The notes below the pieces were generated by a model. The model was not told the origin of the DNA, did no database searches, and worked only from the letters and a program-made list of their open reading frames with translations. A stretch of DNA of 63,947 bases, the filler included, from an uncultured bacterium (GTDB lineage Bacteria; CAYJRR01), in NCBI GenBank assembly GCA_964372275.1. It is 4 parts of 4 records of this genome, joined end to end, with 100 filler letters (N's around TTAATTAATTAA, not from the genome) between each part and the next. Parts side by side here need not be neighbours in the genome. Positions count along the whole stretch, not along the records: positions 35,881 to 53,566 come from CAYJRR010000096.1; positions 53,667 to 63,947 come from CAYJRR010000154.1; 2 more parts are not named here. One strand, written 5' to 3'. Positions within the stretch are counted from its first letter, which is position 1, and each line of letters begins with the position of its first letter. The position numbers and the translations under genes were made by a program. Below are positions 46,408-57,653 of the stretch, piece after piece.

Positions 46408-47193
46408 ATGATCTGGATCGCCGGCGTCCTGGTCGCGGTCGTCGCCGCCCAGCACCTCCTGTTCCTGGCGCTGGAGATGTTCTTCTGGACGACGCCGCTC
46501 GGGCAGAAGGTGTTCCGCACCACGCCGGAGTTGGCGAGGGCGAGCGCGGCACTCGCCGCCAACCAGGGCCTCTACAACGGTTTCCTGGCGGCGGGCCTGA
46601 TCTGGGCGCTGACCGCGTATGGCGTCGTCGCCGGCCGGCCCGTGCTCACCTTCTTCCTCGCCTGCGTCGTCGTCGCAGGGCTCTACGGCGGCGCGAGCGT
46701 GAACCGCCGCATCGTCCTCGTGCAGGCGCTCCCCGCCGCGATCGCGCTCGCAGTCGTCTGGGCGGTCGGCCGGACCGCTCCTGATTCAATTCAGTACCGC
46801 GGAGGGTCGATGGAACGAGTGGTCGGAATCGGAGGCATCTTCTTCAAGACGCAAGATCCGAAGAAGCTGAAGGCGTGGTACGTCGAGAACCTCGGGTTCG
46901 AGATGGACGAGAACGGCTACGTCACCTTCCCGTGGCAGGCATCCGGCGGGTCCAACCCGAAGGCCCGGACGGTGTGGGGACCGTTCCCGATGGAAACGAA
47001 GTACTACGAGCCGAGCACCGCCTCGTTCATGGTGAACTACCGCGTCCGCAACCTGGACGCGATGCTCGCCCAGCTGTCGGCGCGCGGCATCCATGGCGTC
47101 GGTGAGCCGGAGTCGGGCGAATTCGGCCGCTTCGCCTGGGTGATGGATCCCGAGGGGAACAAGATCGAGTTGTGGGAACCGCCACCGGACTGA
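46408..47193 (+). CDS. DUF1304 membrane protein in frame with a VOC/glyoxalase domain (internal RBS and ATG at 46810)
   Basis: LEMFFW...NQGLYNGFLAAG (DUF1304), then MERVVGIGGIFFK...DPEGNKIELWEP (VOC), with no in-frame stop between. Confidence 0.82.
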   Translation: MIWIAGVLVAVVAAQHLLFLALEMFFWTTPLGQKVFRTTPELARASAALAANQGLYNGFLAAGLIWALTAYGVVAGRPVLTFFLACVVVAGLYGGASVNRRIVLVQALPAAIALAVVWAVGRTAPDSIQYRGGSMERVVGIGGIFFKTQDPKKLKAWYVENLGFEMDENGYVTFPWQASGGSNPKARTVWGPFPMETKYYEPSTASFMVNYRVRNLDAMLAQLSARGIHGVGEPESGEFGRFAWVMDPEGNKIELWEPPPD

Positions 47194-48093
47194 TCAGAGG
47201 CGCGCGGCGATGGCGTCGGCGAGGCGGCCGGCCGCCGGCGGGTGTTCGCGCAGGAAGAGCGTCGGTTCGCACATCTCGAGCTCCATCACCCGGAAACGGG
47301 GGTGCGGGGAGCCCGGAGCGCGGACCGAACCCGTCGGTTCGCGGAGGAGGTCGACGCGCGCGTAGAGCCAGGGGCTCCGAACGGTGGCGAGGACCCGCTC
47401 GGCGAACGCCACCTCCTCGCGCTCGGCGACGACGGGGTCGGCCTCCGGGTCGCCGGGACGGCGCGTGAAGGCGGGACGCTTGCACACCGCGTGGCTGAAT
47501 CGCCCGTCGAGGAAGATCATCGAGCGCTCGCCCCCCGCCTCGACCGCCGGCAGGAACGGCTGGACCATCATCGGGCGTCGGGGGAGGTGCTCCTCGAGGT
47601 GCCGCTGCCCGGGCCCGACGTCGGCCGCATCGACGCGGATCGTGGCATAGGCGCCGGCGGAGATGCGGGGCTTGACCACCGCCGTCGCCCAGGCACGCTC
47701 GGCCAGGATGGCGCGAAGGTCCGGGATCCCCGAGCTCTCGTCCGCGCGGTCGATCCAGACGGTCGGGGCGATCGCGATCCCCTGCTCCTCCAGCGCACGC
47801 AGGTAGACCTTGTCGACGTTCCACCGCAGGACCTCGGGCGGGTTCCACAGCGACGTGGCGCGGGCGGTCGACTCGATCCAGCCGCGGAAGGCGTCGATCG
47901 CCCGGTAGTAGTTCCAGGTGGAGCGGAGCACGGCCACACGCGCGTCCTGCCACGCCGAGTCCGGGTCGTCCCAGCTCATCGCCGCGCACGAGATCCCGCG
48001 CGCCTCGAGCGCGCGCACGAGCGGATGGTCGTCCTCGTGCAGGCCGGGAAGGCCCGTCCAGGTCACGAGAGCCACGTCGAGAGGTCGTTTCAT
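47194..48093 (-). CDS. RimK-like ATP-grasp protein
   Basis: RSTWNY, WNVDKVYL, VVKP, QPFL...GERS, YARVD, MELEMCEP.LF. Confidence 0.88.
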   Translation of the reverse strand: MKRPLDVALVTWTGLPGLHEDDHPLVRALEARGISCAAMSWDDPDSAWQDARVAVLRSTWNYYRAIDAFRGWIESTARATSLWNPPEVLRWNVDKVYLRALEEQGIAIAPTVWIDRADESSGIPDLRAILAERAWATAVVKPRISAGAYATIRVDAADVGPGQRHLEEHLPRRPMMVQPFLPAVEAGGERSMIFLDGRFSHAVCKRPAFTRRPGDPEADPVVAEREEVAFAERVLATVRSPWLYARVDLLREPTGSVRAPGSPHPRFRVMELEMCEPTLFLREHPPAAGRLADAIAARL

Positions 48094-48148
48094 CGTTTGG
48101 TTCCCGGGCGGAGCTCGCTGGCGGAAGCTTCTCGGATAGTATCCTCCG

Positions 48149-48739
48149 GTGGTCCTACCGCCGACGGTTCGAGCCATTCTCGCGGCGTGTGTCGTCCTGG
48201 CGACGACGCCGGTCGCGGATCGGCCGGCTCCCAACGTCGTAGGAAAGAAAACGATGAAGATTACGTTTCGCGGAACGGAGTATCTGCACCGCTTCTCCAG
48301 CGCGGGTCAGAGCGAGTTCACGCCCGCCGCCGATGCCGACCTGTCGACCTGGAAGGACATGGTCACGATCAACCTGCACCCTACCGCAAGGAACGGCGAC
48401 CAGCTGGCAGAGGTCGCCAATCACGTGCTCGGGAACTACCGGGCAAACGGACGGATCTTGCGGACGGATTCGGTGCCAAGAACCGACAAGCGATCCGCCG
48501 AGCATCTGGCCGTCGCCGTCCTGGGAAACGCCAGCTTTCTCGAGGCCGCGTTTGCGCGTTTCCTGCTGCACGAGGGGACCGGGATTGTTGTCGTCTACTC
48601 ACACCGGATCTACGACACGAACGCCGGGCCTGCGATGAGCTCCTGGCTCGCCGAGAACGGCCCGTCGGTGGAGGCTGAGCTCATGGGGTGGACGCCTCCG
48701 AGCGTGAACGCGATGAACGGTCTCCCTCAGAATCCCTGA
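48149..48739 (+). CDS. Hypothetical exported protein
   Basis: Signal-like N-terminus, EFTP....W.DMVTIN, VVYSHRIY. Start uncertain. Confidence 0.7.
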   Translation: MVLPPTVRAILAACVVLATTPVADRPAPNVVGKKTMKITFRGTEYLHRFSSAGQSEFTPAADADLSTWKDMVTINLHPTARNGDQLAEVANHVLGNYRANGRILRTDSVPRTDKRSAEHLAVAVLGNASFLEAAFARFLLHEGTGIVVVYSHRIYDTNAGPAMSSWLAENGPSVEAELMGWTPPSVNAMNGLPQNP

Positions 48740-48749
48740 CGGCGCAGTT

Positions 48750-49709
48750 CTACTGCGGCGCGTTCGGCCCGAGCACCGCGTTCACCGCCGCCACGACCGG
48801 GTCGAAGACCTTCGGCCGTCGCGGATCGCCGGCGAAGCTCCGCTCCCCGCGCGTCGGGAGGTAAGGGAGGTAGGCGTCGGTGGCCTGCGGATACGGCGCG
48901 TCGACGTGGAGCATGCGGAACACCAGCCCGTCGTCGTGGACGTCGTCCATGTCGTAGTCGGCGTAGGTCGGGGTGTAGCGGACCTTCACCTCGCCGTAGA
49001 CCGAGACGTCGACGTCGTGGAGGTCGATCGCGACGAGCTTGTGGGTGCCGATCGCGTCGTAGAGGGGGGAGCTCGGGTTCCAGGCCGTCGTCTCCATCGG
49101 CACCCCGAGGAAATCGGCCATCTCGGCGAGCGCCTCCGGATCGCGCGCGGTGACGGTCGGGTACGCCACCGCCGAGCCCTCCTGGGTGTAGATCCCGAGC
49201 GGCAGCGGGAAGATCGCCTTCCGGCCGGTCCCCTCCTCACGCTTCAACTGGCTCGTGGCCAGCGCGAGGGGGACGTCGCGCACGGTGACGGTTCGGTTCC
49301 GCCGGTCCCGGTAGCCGGCGTAGATCTCGACCGTCACGTCGAACGTCTCGTTCGAGGTGATGCGCATCGACCGCAGCGAAAGCATCACCCGGCTTCGCGA
49401 CCGGGCGGACGCCGCGAGCTCGGGGCGGCCGACGAGATGCTTCCAGAGGTCGGACCCCTTGCGCAGGTCGGTGAAGTAGCTCGGGGCCGGCTCCTCGCCG
49501 CGGCCGTTCCAGACGCCCTCCGGAAGGCGAGCCAGCCCGGCACGCAGCGAAAGCGCCTCGCCGACCGGGTCGGCGATCGACGCCACGCTCGAGTCGCCCG
49601 ACGGGGCGCAGCCGCTCTCGCCGACGGCAGCGAACGCCGGCATGGCGCCGGCGCCGAGCGACGCGGACAGGAGGGCTCGCATCGTCCAGGTACGAACGGG
49701 GGTCGTCAT
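48750..49709 (-). CDS. Hypothetical exported protein
   Basis: GAGG RBS, signal peptide ending AFA-A, globular beta-rich sequence. Confidence 0.7.
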   Translation of the reverse strand: MTTPVRTWTMRALLSASLGAGAMPAFAAVGESGCAPSGDSSVASIADPVGEALSLRAGLARLPEGVWNGRGEEPAPSYFTDLRKGSDLWKHLVGRPELAASARSRSRVMLSLRSMRITSNETFDVTVEIYAGYRDRRNRTVTVRDVPLALATSQLKREEGTGRKAIFPLPLGIYTQEGSAVAYPTVTARDPEALAEMADFLGVPMETTAWNPSSPLYDAIGTHKLVAIDLHDVDVSVYGEVKVRYTPTYADYDMDDVHDDGLVFRMLHVDAPYPQATDAYLPYLPTRGERSFAGDPRRPKVFDPVVAAVNAVLGPNAPQ

Positions 49710-49878
49710 GATCGGCTCACCTCGGCGCGGCGCACCGGCAAGCGCCACGCCAACGGCAACCTCGCGGAATCACGACCGGTCGGAGGGGAACGCCGCCGCC
49801 AAGAGACGCGAGCGCCTGTCCCGCCTGCGACCGGCCGGACGCACGCGAGGCGTCGGCAGGAACGCCGGACGGCCGCCG

Positions 49879-50265
49879 CTATTCGACGCCGTAGGCCTCG
49901 ACCAGGTAGTCGGTCAGGGGATCGACCAACGCCTCGGGGATCGGCGCCTTGTAGTTCTTCTTCATCTTCTCCACCGTCTCCCGCCAGAACGCTCGTTTCG
50001 ACGGCGGCTGGTTGGCGAGGTACTCCGGCGAGTGGCAGAGCGCGCACTGCGCCATCGCCAGCTCGACGCCGGGGGCCTCGCGAAAGGCACCGATCGGCGT
50101 CGGGAGCTGCACCGCGACGCCGTTCGGCTTCGCGGCGGGGGGCGGCTCCGCCGCCGACGTCGCGGCGAGGACGACCGCCGCGGCGACGACCGCGATCGCG
50201 GCACGCCGGGTGCTCGACCGTCGGGCGGCAAGGTCCGCGGCCGCCGGTCGGAATTCGCGCGTCAT
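49879..50265 (-). CDS. sorB: Sulfite dehydrogenase cytochrome c subunit (SorB-like)
   Basis: CALCHSPEY..QP, W...VEKM...Y.API. ATGA overlap with sorA. Confidence 0.88.
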   Translation of the reverse strand: MTREFRPAAADLAARRSSTRRAAIAVVAAAVVLAATSAAEPPPAAKPNGVAVQLPTPIGAFREAPGVELAMAQCALCHSPEYLANQPPSKRAFWRETVEKMKKNYKAPIPEALVDPLTDYLVEAYGVE

Positions 50266-51473
50266 GTGACGTTCACCTTCACCGTCTCCACCACGTTCCG
50301 CATGTAGCCGGCCGGGTTCCACAGCGGCTCGAGCGGCTGCGACTGGCCGATGCGATTCACCGCGCGGACCTTGAGCGCGCGCGTCTCGCCGGCGCCGCGC
50401 ACCTTCATCTGGATGCTCCACTCGCGGAACGAATAGCGGCCGAAGTCCTTTCCGAGCTGCGCCGCCCGCCAGGTGGCGCCGCCGTCGTCGGAGAAGGCGA
50501 CCTCGCGGATCCCGTATCCCCCGTCGAAGGCGATCCCGCGCACCATCTCCCGCGATCCCGACCGAAGCGTCTCGCCGTCCCGGTGGCTGGTGATGAACGA
50601 CCGCACGTTGAGGCGGGAGATCGGCCGCGTCTCGACCGACCGTGCCTTGGGCTCGGTGCACGCGCAGTCGTTGTCGGGAACGCGGTAGGACTTCTTCATG
50701 TAGAAGCCGTCGAACGGGCTGTCGAGGACGGTGATCGACGTGACGTGCTTCATCCAATAGGTGCCGTAGTAGCCCGGGACGACCAGCCGCAACGGGTAGC
50801 CGTTGAGCAGCGGGAGGTCCTGGCCGTTCATTGCCCAGGCCAGGATCACTTCGCCGTTCATCGCGTGATCGATCGGCAGCGACTTCTGGAAGTCGGGCGA
50901 GGCGTAGTAGAGCGGCTTGTCGAGGCCGTCGAACACCACCTCCACCGCCCGCTCGGAGACCCCGGCCCTCTCCAGAAGCGTCGACACCGGGACGCCGGTC
51001 CAGCGCGCGTTCCCCATCGCACCATTCGCGATCTGACCACCGGCGACGCGGGGCTCGGAGAAGCCGCGCCCGTTTCCGGAGCACTGATTGACGGCGACGA
51101 ACTCCGCCGGATCGAACTCCTTCACCTGCGCCAGCGTGAGCGAGAGCGGACGGGCGACCTTGCCGGTCACCTCCAGGCGGTACTCGTCGAGGCGCACCTC
51201 CGACAGCGGCTCGGTGTGGTAGCGGACGAAGAACGAATCGTTCGGGGTGATCGCGCCCAGGTTGTAGACCTCGAACGGCGTCTCGAGGTTGATCGGCCGC
51301 ATTCCGTGGACGATCAGCGGCCGCTTCTGGGGATAGGCGATCAGCGGCCGGCGGCCGTTCGCGAACGGAAGCTCCACGAACGGTTCGGCGGCGCGCGCGT
51401 GGCGGGCGGCTCCGGCGACGGCGATCCCGACCGCCCCCTTCATCCACGCGCGACGCGAGATCCGATCGACCAT
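50262..51473 (-). CDS. sorA: Sulfite dehydrogenase molybdenum subunit (SorA-like), Tat-exported
   Basis: SRRAWMK Tat motif, LETP, FFVRYH, NQCSGNGR, NGYPLRLVVPGYYGTYW.KH, WNPAGYMRN. Confidence 0.9.
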   Translation of the reverse strand: MVDRISRRAWMKGAVGIAVAGAARHARAAEPFVELPFANGRRPLIAYPQKRPLIVHGMRPINLETPFEVYNLGAITPNDSFFVRYHTEPLSEVRLDEYRLEVTGKVARPLSLTLAQVKEFDPAEFVAVNQCSGNGRGFSEPRVAGGQIANGAMGNARWTGVPVSTLLERAGVSERAVEVVFDGLDKPLYYASPDFQKSLPIDHAMNGEVILAWAMNGQDLPLLNGYPLRLVVPGYYGTYWMKHVTSITVLDSPFDGFYMKKSYRVPDNDCACTEPKARSVETRPISRLNVRSFITSHRDGETLRSGSREMVRGIAFDGGYGIREVAFSDDGGATWRAAQLGKDFGRYSFREWSIQMKVRGAGETRALKVRAVNRIGQSQPLEPLWNPAGYMRNVVETVKVNVT

Positions 51474-51681
51474 CCTCGCTCCGTAAGGGCGCGACGGTAT
51501 CACGCATGGTTCTTCGAGTCCTCAGACAGCGGGGCTCCGGTCGACACGTATCTTTTTCCCGCCCGATCGCGTCGGCGAACCCTGGCGGACACCTATTTCC
51601 TAATATTATTCGAAGACTTCCGTCGACGAGACCGGTTGGTCGCACCCTTGCAAATCGATCGAGTCGAGGGAGGGCTCGACC

Positions 51682-52536
51682 ATGAAGCGGATGGCGGCGT
51701 GGGGCGTGCGGGTGGCGGTGCTGATGGGATTGGGCGTCCACGGATGCGGAGCGAGCACCGCGGTCGGATCGGGGGAGTATCCGGACGACGGCAGCGAAGA
51801 GGAGAACGGCGGGGAGAACGGCGGAGAGCAGGAAGAGGAGGAGGAAGGAAGCGGCACCCAACCGACCTCCTACGGTCCGCCGATCCTCGTCTCGCCGGCG
51901 AACGGCGCGCACCTCGGCGGCCTGGGCGCCGAGCTCGCGTTCGTCACGCACGACGGCGCGACGCAGTACCAGGTCCAGGTGCGCCCCTACAACGACGACG
52001 GTCCGGGGATCGACCTGATCCGCAACATCGAGTCGAGTTACACCGTGGAATCGCCGGTGATGGGGTACGGTCCCTACGTGATGCTCCCGGACATGACCTA
52101 CAGCTGGCGCGTCCGCACCACCGCGGCGATGACGGCGGTCGGCCCGGACGACGCCGCGTGGGGACCGTGGTCCGACACGCGCACCTTCACCACCGCGAGC
52201 CGGCACAGCGGCGGGATCACGCAGGTGAGCCCTCCGAACGGAACGGTCGTGCTCTCGACCGCCTCCTTGAACCTGCGCTGGTCCAACGCCAACAACGACG
52301 TCTTCCTCTACGAAGTCCAGGTGAGCCGGGATCCGACCTTCAACACCGATCCGGCGACGGCGACCTCTTTCGTCTGGTGGAACATCGTCCACGGCGGCGA
52401 TAGCGCTCCTCTGAACAGCTGGTGGACCCCGATCCTGCCGGCGAGCTCGACGATCTACTGGCGCGTGCGTCCGCGCGTGCAGGGGGACGGATCGCCCGTC
52501 GCCTGGTCGCAGACCTGGAGTTTCCGCACGCAATGA
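51682..52536 (+). CDS. Lipoprotein with acidic linker and two Fn3/Ig-like repeats
   Basis: Lipobox VHGC. Two units of VSP.NG...Y.VQV...WRVR...WS.T..F.T. Confidence 0.8.
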   Translation: MKRMAAWGVRVAVLMGLGVHGCGASTAVGSGEYPDDGSEEENGGENGGEQEEEEEGSGTQPTSYGPPILVSPANGAHLGGLGAELAFVTHDGATQYQVQVRPYNDDGPGIDLIRNIESSYTVESPVMGYGPYVMLPDMTYSWRVRTTAAMTAVGPDDAAWGPWSDTRTFTTASRHSGGITQVSPPNGTVVLSTASLNLRWSNANNDVFLYEVQVSRDPTFNTDPATATSFVWWNIVHGGDSAPLNSWWTPILPASSTIYWRVRPRVQGDGSPVAWSQTWSFRTQ

Positions 52537-53566
52537 TCGAATCGGCCTGGACGATCCCGTCCGCGTGGTACGTCGACCCGGCCCGGCTCGAGCGCGAGCG
52601 GGACCGGGTCTTCGCCCGTACATGGCAGGCCGCGGTACGCGAGGACCAGGTGGCGCGCGCCGGCGCGTTCGCCACCGCGGAGGTNNNNNNNNNNGGGTAC
52701 GGTCACTACGAGTTGCTCGCGGACATGTACTCCAGCTGGCGCGTCCTCCCCACAGCGGAGGTGGCCGGCGAATCGATCGTCGTGGTGCGGGGCCGGGAGG
52801 GGACGCTGCGCGCGTTCCACAACGTCTGCCGTCACCGCGCCGGGGCGGTCGTCGTCGGCGAGGGGTGCCGGCCGACGCTCCGGTGCACCTACCACGGCTG
52901 GACCTACGGCCTCGACGGCGCGCTCCAGGCGGCGCCGGAGATGCAGTCGGCGCGCGATTTCGACCGCGCGGCGTTCGGACTGGTCCCGGTGCGCTGCGAG
53001 GCGTGGGGGGGCGTCGTCTTCGTCTGCCTGGACCGGGATGCGCCGTCGCTCGTGTCGACTCTCGGCGGCGCCGCCGGCTTCGCCGAGGCGCACGGCGTGG
53101 CGCGCCACCGGTTCGGGAAGCGGCGCACCTACGAGATCGCCTGCAACTGGAAGGTCTACGTCGACAACTTCCTCGAGGCCTACCACGTTCCGCGCGCACA
53201 CCCGGGCCTGCATCGCACCCTCGACTACGCGCATTACCGCGTCGTCCCCGACGGCGAGACCGTCGTCCAGATCGCCCCGCCGCGCGCGCGGCGGGTCTCC
53301 GGTTCACGGCGCGCTCGGCCCGGAGACGCCCGCCGCAATCCCGGCGGGTCGGCGTATCTCTGGCTATTTCCCAACTTCATGCTGAACGCGAACCCCGACT
53401 ACGTGCAGACCAACGTGATCGTGCCGCTCGCGACGGAGCGGACCCTGACGGTCTTCGACGACTATTTCCCCCCCACCCTCTCCGCCGCGAAACGCCGCGC
53501 CGCCGAGCGTTGGTCGGACGAGATCCAGCGCGAGGACATCGCGCTCTGCGAGAACGTGCAGCGCAA
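52533..53566 (+). CDS. Rieske non-heme iron oxygenase alpha subunit (choline monooxygenase-like); contains a 10-N gap, 3' truncated
   Basis: NVCRHR...CTYHGW Rieske motif, NWKVYVDNFLEAYHV..AH, EDIALCENVQ. Confidence 0.9.
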
Positions 53567-53666
53567 NNNNNNNNNNNNNNNNNNNNNNNNNNNNNNNNNN
53601 NNNNNNNNNNTTAATTAATTAANNNNNNNNNNNNNNNNNNNNNNNNNNNNNNNNNNNNNNNNNNNN
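53567..53666. other. Artificial contig linker
   Basis: N44-TTAATTAATTAA-N44. Confidence 0.98.
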
Positions 53667-54221
53667 GGGATGCACGATCACCCGACGCAGGCGCTGATCG
53701 ACTGCGCCACGATCCGCCGCCACAAGGGTCGCTTCGAGGGGAGGGTGGTGGCGATCGTCGGAGACATCGCCCACAGCCGGGTGGCGCGCTCCAACCTTCT
53801 CGCGTTGACCAAGCTCGGCGCCCGCGTGCGGGTGGCCGGGCCGCGCACGCTGTTGCCGGCGGGGATCGCGTCGATGGGGGCCGAGGTGTTCGACCGCGTC
53901 GAGCCGGCGCTCGAGAAGGCCGACGTGGTGATGGTGCTACGGCTGCAAAAGGAGCGGCAGGAGGCGGGGCTGATCCCCAACGTCCGCGACTACGCCCGCC
54001 ACTTCGGCGTCAACGCGCGGCGGCTGGCGGCGGCCCGGAAGGACGCGATCGTGTTGCACCCCGGCCCGATGAACCGCGGCGTGGAGATCGACCCCGCGGT
54101 CGCCGACGGCGATCGGTCGTTGATCCTCCATCAGGTGACGGCCGGGGTCGCCGTGCGCATGGCCGCCCTCTACCTCGCCGCCGCCGACCGCACCGGCGGC
54201 GACGTCTCCGCGTCCGTCTAG
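53667..54221 (+). CDS. pyrB: Aspartate carbamoyltransferase catalytic subunit (5' truncated)
   Basis: [47 protein letters not shown]. Confidence 0.95.
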   Translation, partial: GMHDHPTQALIDCATIRRHKGRFEGRVVAIVGDIAHSRVARSNLLALTKLGARVRVAGPRTLLPAGIASMGAEVFDRVEPALEKADVVMVLRLQKERQEAGLIPNVRDYARHFGVNARRLAAARKDAIVLHPGPMNRGVEIDPAVADGDRSLILHQVTAGVAVRMAALYLAAADRTGGDVSASV

Positions 54222-55810
54222 CAGCCGGTATCGGTGTCGGCGAGCACCGTCAGGCGGGGGGTGGCCTTGGCCGCGGCCGTCGCCTCCGCGATGGCGCGAC
54301 TGTCGACGTCGAAAACGGCCTGGCTGTAGTTGAAGCTGACGTCGTTCTCGATCCGCTTGAGATTCTCGGGATCGAGCGGACGGTCCCCGCCGCTCCGGGC
54401 CGTGATCCTCGACTGGTTCCGGTATCCGCCCGTGCGGATGTAGCGGTCCTCGCTGAGTCCCAGGTCGAGCTGACGGTTGAGCTCCCGGGCCCCCTCCTTG
54501 ATCGCCTCCATGATCTCGTCGTCCGACATCGTCGTCATGTTGAGACAGATGTCCTGACGCTCCGTGATCGACTCGAGGAAGCGGTCCTCGTCGGTGATGA
54601 ATCCGTGCTTCTTCGCGTATTCGTACATCCCGGTGTACGGGAGCGGGAGGAGGAATCCGATCGACGGATAGACGCCGGCCGCGAGGCAGAGGTCCATCGT
54701 CTCCCGGATCGTTTCGCGGGTCTCGATCGGATACCCGAAGACGACGCTGGTGCGGCTCTGGATCCCGACGTCACGCAGGAGGCGGACCTGATCGAGGAAA
54801 AAGTACGGCTCGATCCTCTTGTCCATCATCTTGAGGATCTCCGGATTGCCCGACTCGAGCGAGTAGCCGACGTCGAGACAGCCGGCCTCCTTGAACTTCC
54901 GGGCCACCTCGATCCGCTTCGCGAGGGGCCATTTGGGATGTCCGAACAGGTCGGACCGAACCGACGCGCTCCAGTGGAACTTCAATCCCGATTTGAGGAT
55001 GGCGTCCGCCAGCGCTTCGGCCTGGGGGAGCGTGGAGAAGCTCAAGTCGTCCCAGAAGTTGATGTAGGTCGCACCGTACTCGTCGATGTTGCGCCGGATC
55101 TCGGTCAGGATGTTGTCGGCGGAGCGGTGCCGGTACGGGTCGTCCCAGAAGACGTAGTGGCAGAAAGTGCACTTGAAGGCGCAGCCCCGTGCGGTGACCA
55201 CCGGCATCACCCGAGGCGGCCGGTTGCCGTCGATGTTCAGTCCCTGGGCCGCAGCGTGGTCGGACCGCTCGAAATACTTCCGGTAGTCGACCACGGTCCA
55301 ATCGACCATCGGTAGGTCGTCGATCTTGCACGCCTTGCGTTTGGGGGTCTTCACGAACGCACCGGTCGGATCGAGAAAGGCGATCCCTTCGACCGCCCCG
55401 AGCGGGGTGCGGTCTTCGTAGGCGCGAAGCACGTCGAGGGTGGAGAACTCGCCCTCACCGATCACCACCACGTCCGCCGCCGTGTTGCGCAGGAACAGTT
55501 CGGGGATCGATCCGGCGACGGAGTTGCCGACGACGATCTTGGTCGACGGCTGCAACTTGCGGATCGTCCGCGTCAGCCACTTGATCCACTTGTAGTGGGT
55601 GACGATGCAGCCGGTGAGGACGACGTCGTATTCGTGCGTCGCGAGGTAGTTCTCGATCGATTCATCGCTCAGGTCGTCGATGTCGACGTCCAGGAGATCG
55701 AAGTCGTACCCGTGGCGGCGGACGAAGGTCATCACCGAGGCGATCCCGACCGGCAGGAACTTGGTCGGCGATCCGCGGCGGAGGCTGGGGATGATGAAGA
55801 GGATTTTCAT
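54218..55810 (-). CDS. B12-binding radical SAM protein
   Basis: N-terminal cobalamin-binding-like domain (PVGIAS, IGEGE), [23 protein letters not shown]. Confidence 0.92.
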   Translation of the reverse strand: MKILFIIPSLRRGSPTKFLPVGIASVMTFVRRHGYDFDLLDVDIDDLSDESIENYLATHEYDVVLTGCIVTHYKWIKWLTRTIRKLQPSTKIVVGNSVAGSIPELFLRNTAADVVVIGEGEFSTLDVLRAYEDRTPLGAVEGIAFLDPTGAFVKTPKRKACKIDDLPMVDWTVVDYRKYFERSDHAAAQGLNIDGNRPPRVMPVVTARGCAFKCTFCHYVFWDDPYRHRSADNILTEIRRNIDEYGATYINFWDDLSFSTLPQAEALADAILKSGLKFHWSASVRSDLFGHPKWPLAKRIEVARKFKEAGCLDVGYSLESGNPEILKMMDKRIEPYFFLDQVRLLRDVGIQSRTSVVFGYPIETRETIRETMDLCLAAGVYPSIGFLLPLPYTGMYEYAKKHGFITDEDRFLESITERQDICLNMTTMSDDEIMEAIKEGARELNRQLDLGLSEDRYIRTGGYRNQSRITARSGGDRPLDPENLKRIENDVSFNYSQAVFDVDSRAIAEATAAAKATPRLTVLADTDTGC

Positions 55811-55824
55811 CGACGCACTGGGAG

Positions 55825-55840
55825 TGCAGCCGACGTGCCA
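55825..55840 (-). promoter_or_regulatory. Putative sigma54 (-24/-12) promoter of the radical SAM gene
   Basis: Minus strand TGGCAC-GTCGG-CTGCA versus consensus TGGCAC-N5-TTGCW, 14 nt before the ATG. Confidence 0.65.
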
Positions 55841-55956
55841 TGGGCGCCCTGGCGCGGCCGACTCGGAAATGCGCCCCTTTTCGGTCGCCGCCGGGAGCGG
55901 CGTCAATTCGGTGACGGCGGCCCGGCGGCCGATTGACGGGCGAAAAGCGGTCGTAG

Positions 55957-57633
<1,677 letters not shown>

Positions 57634-57653
57634 CGGAACGGGCGGAGGGGGCG

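Noticed and set aside
52063-52763. Diversity-generating retroelement template/variable repeat pair
   Set aside because: Mismatches are not unidirectional from A, there is no reverse transcriptase in the window, and the copy abuts an N gap and interrupts a conserved gene.
4662-53566. GbsR regulator linked to the choline-monooxygenase-like Rieske gene (glycine betaine regulon)
   Set aside because: They are on different contigs, and the candidate operators flank quinone-related genes instead.
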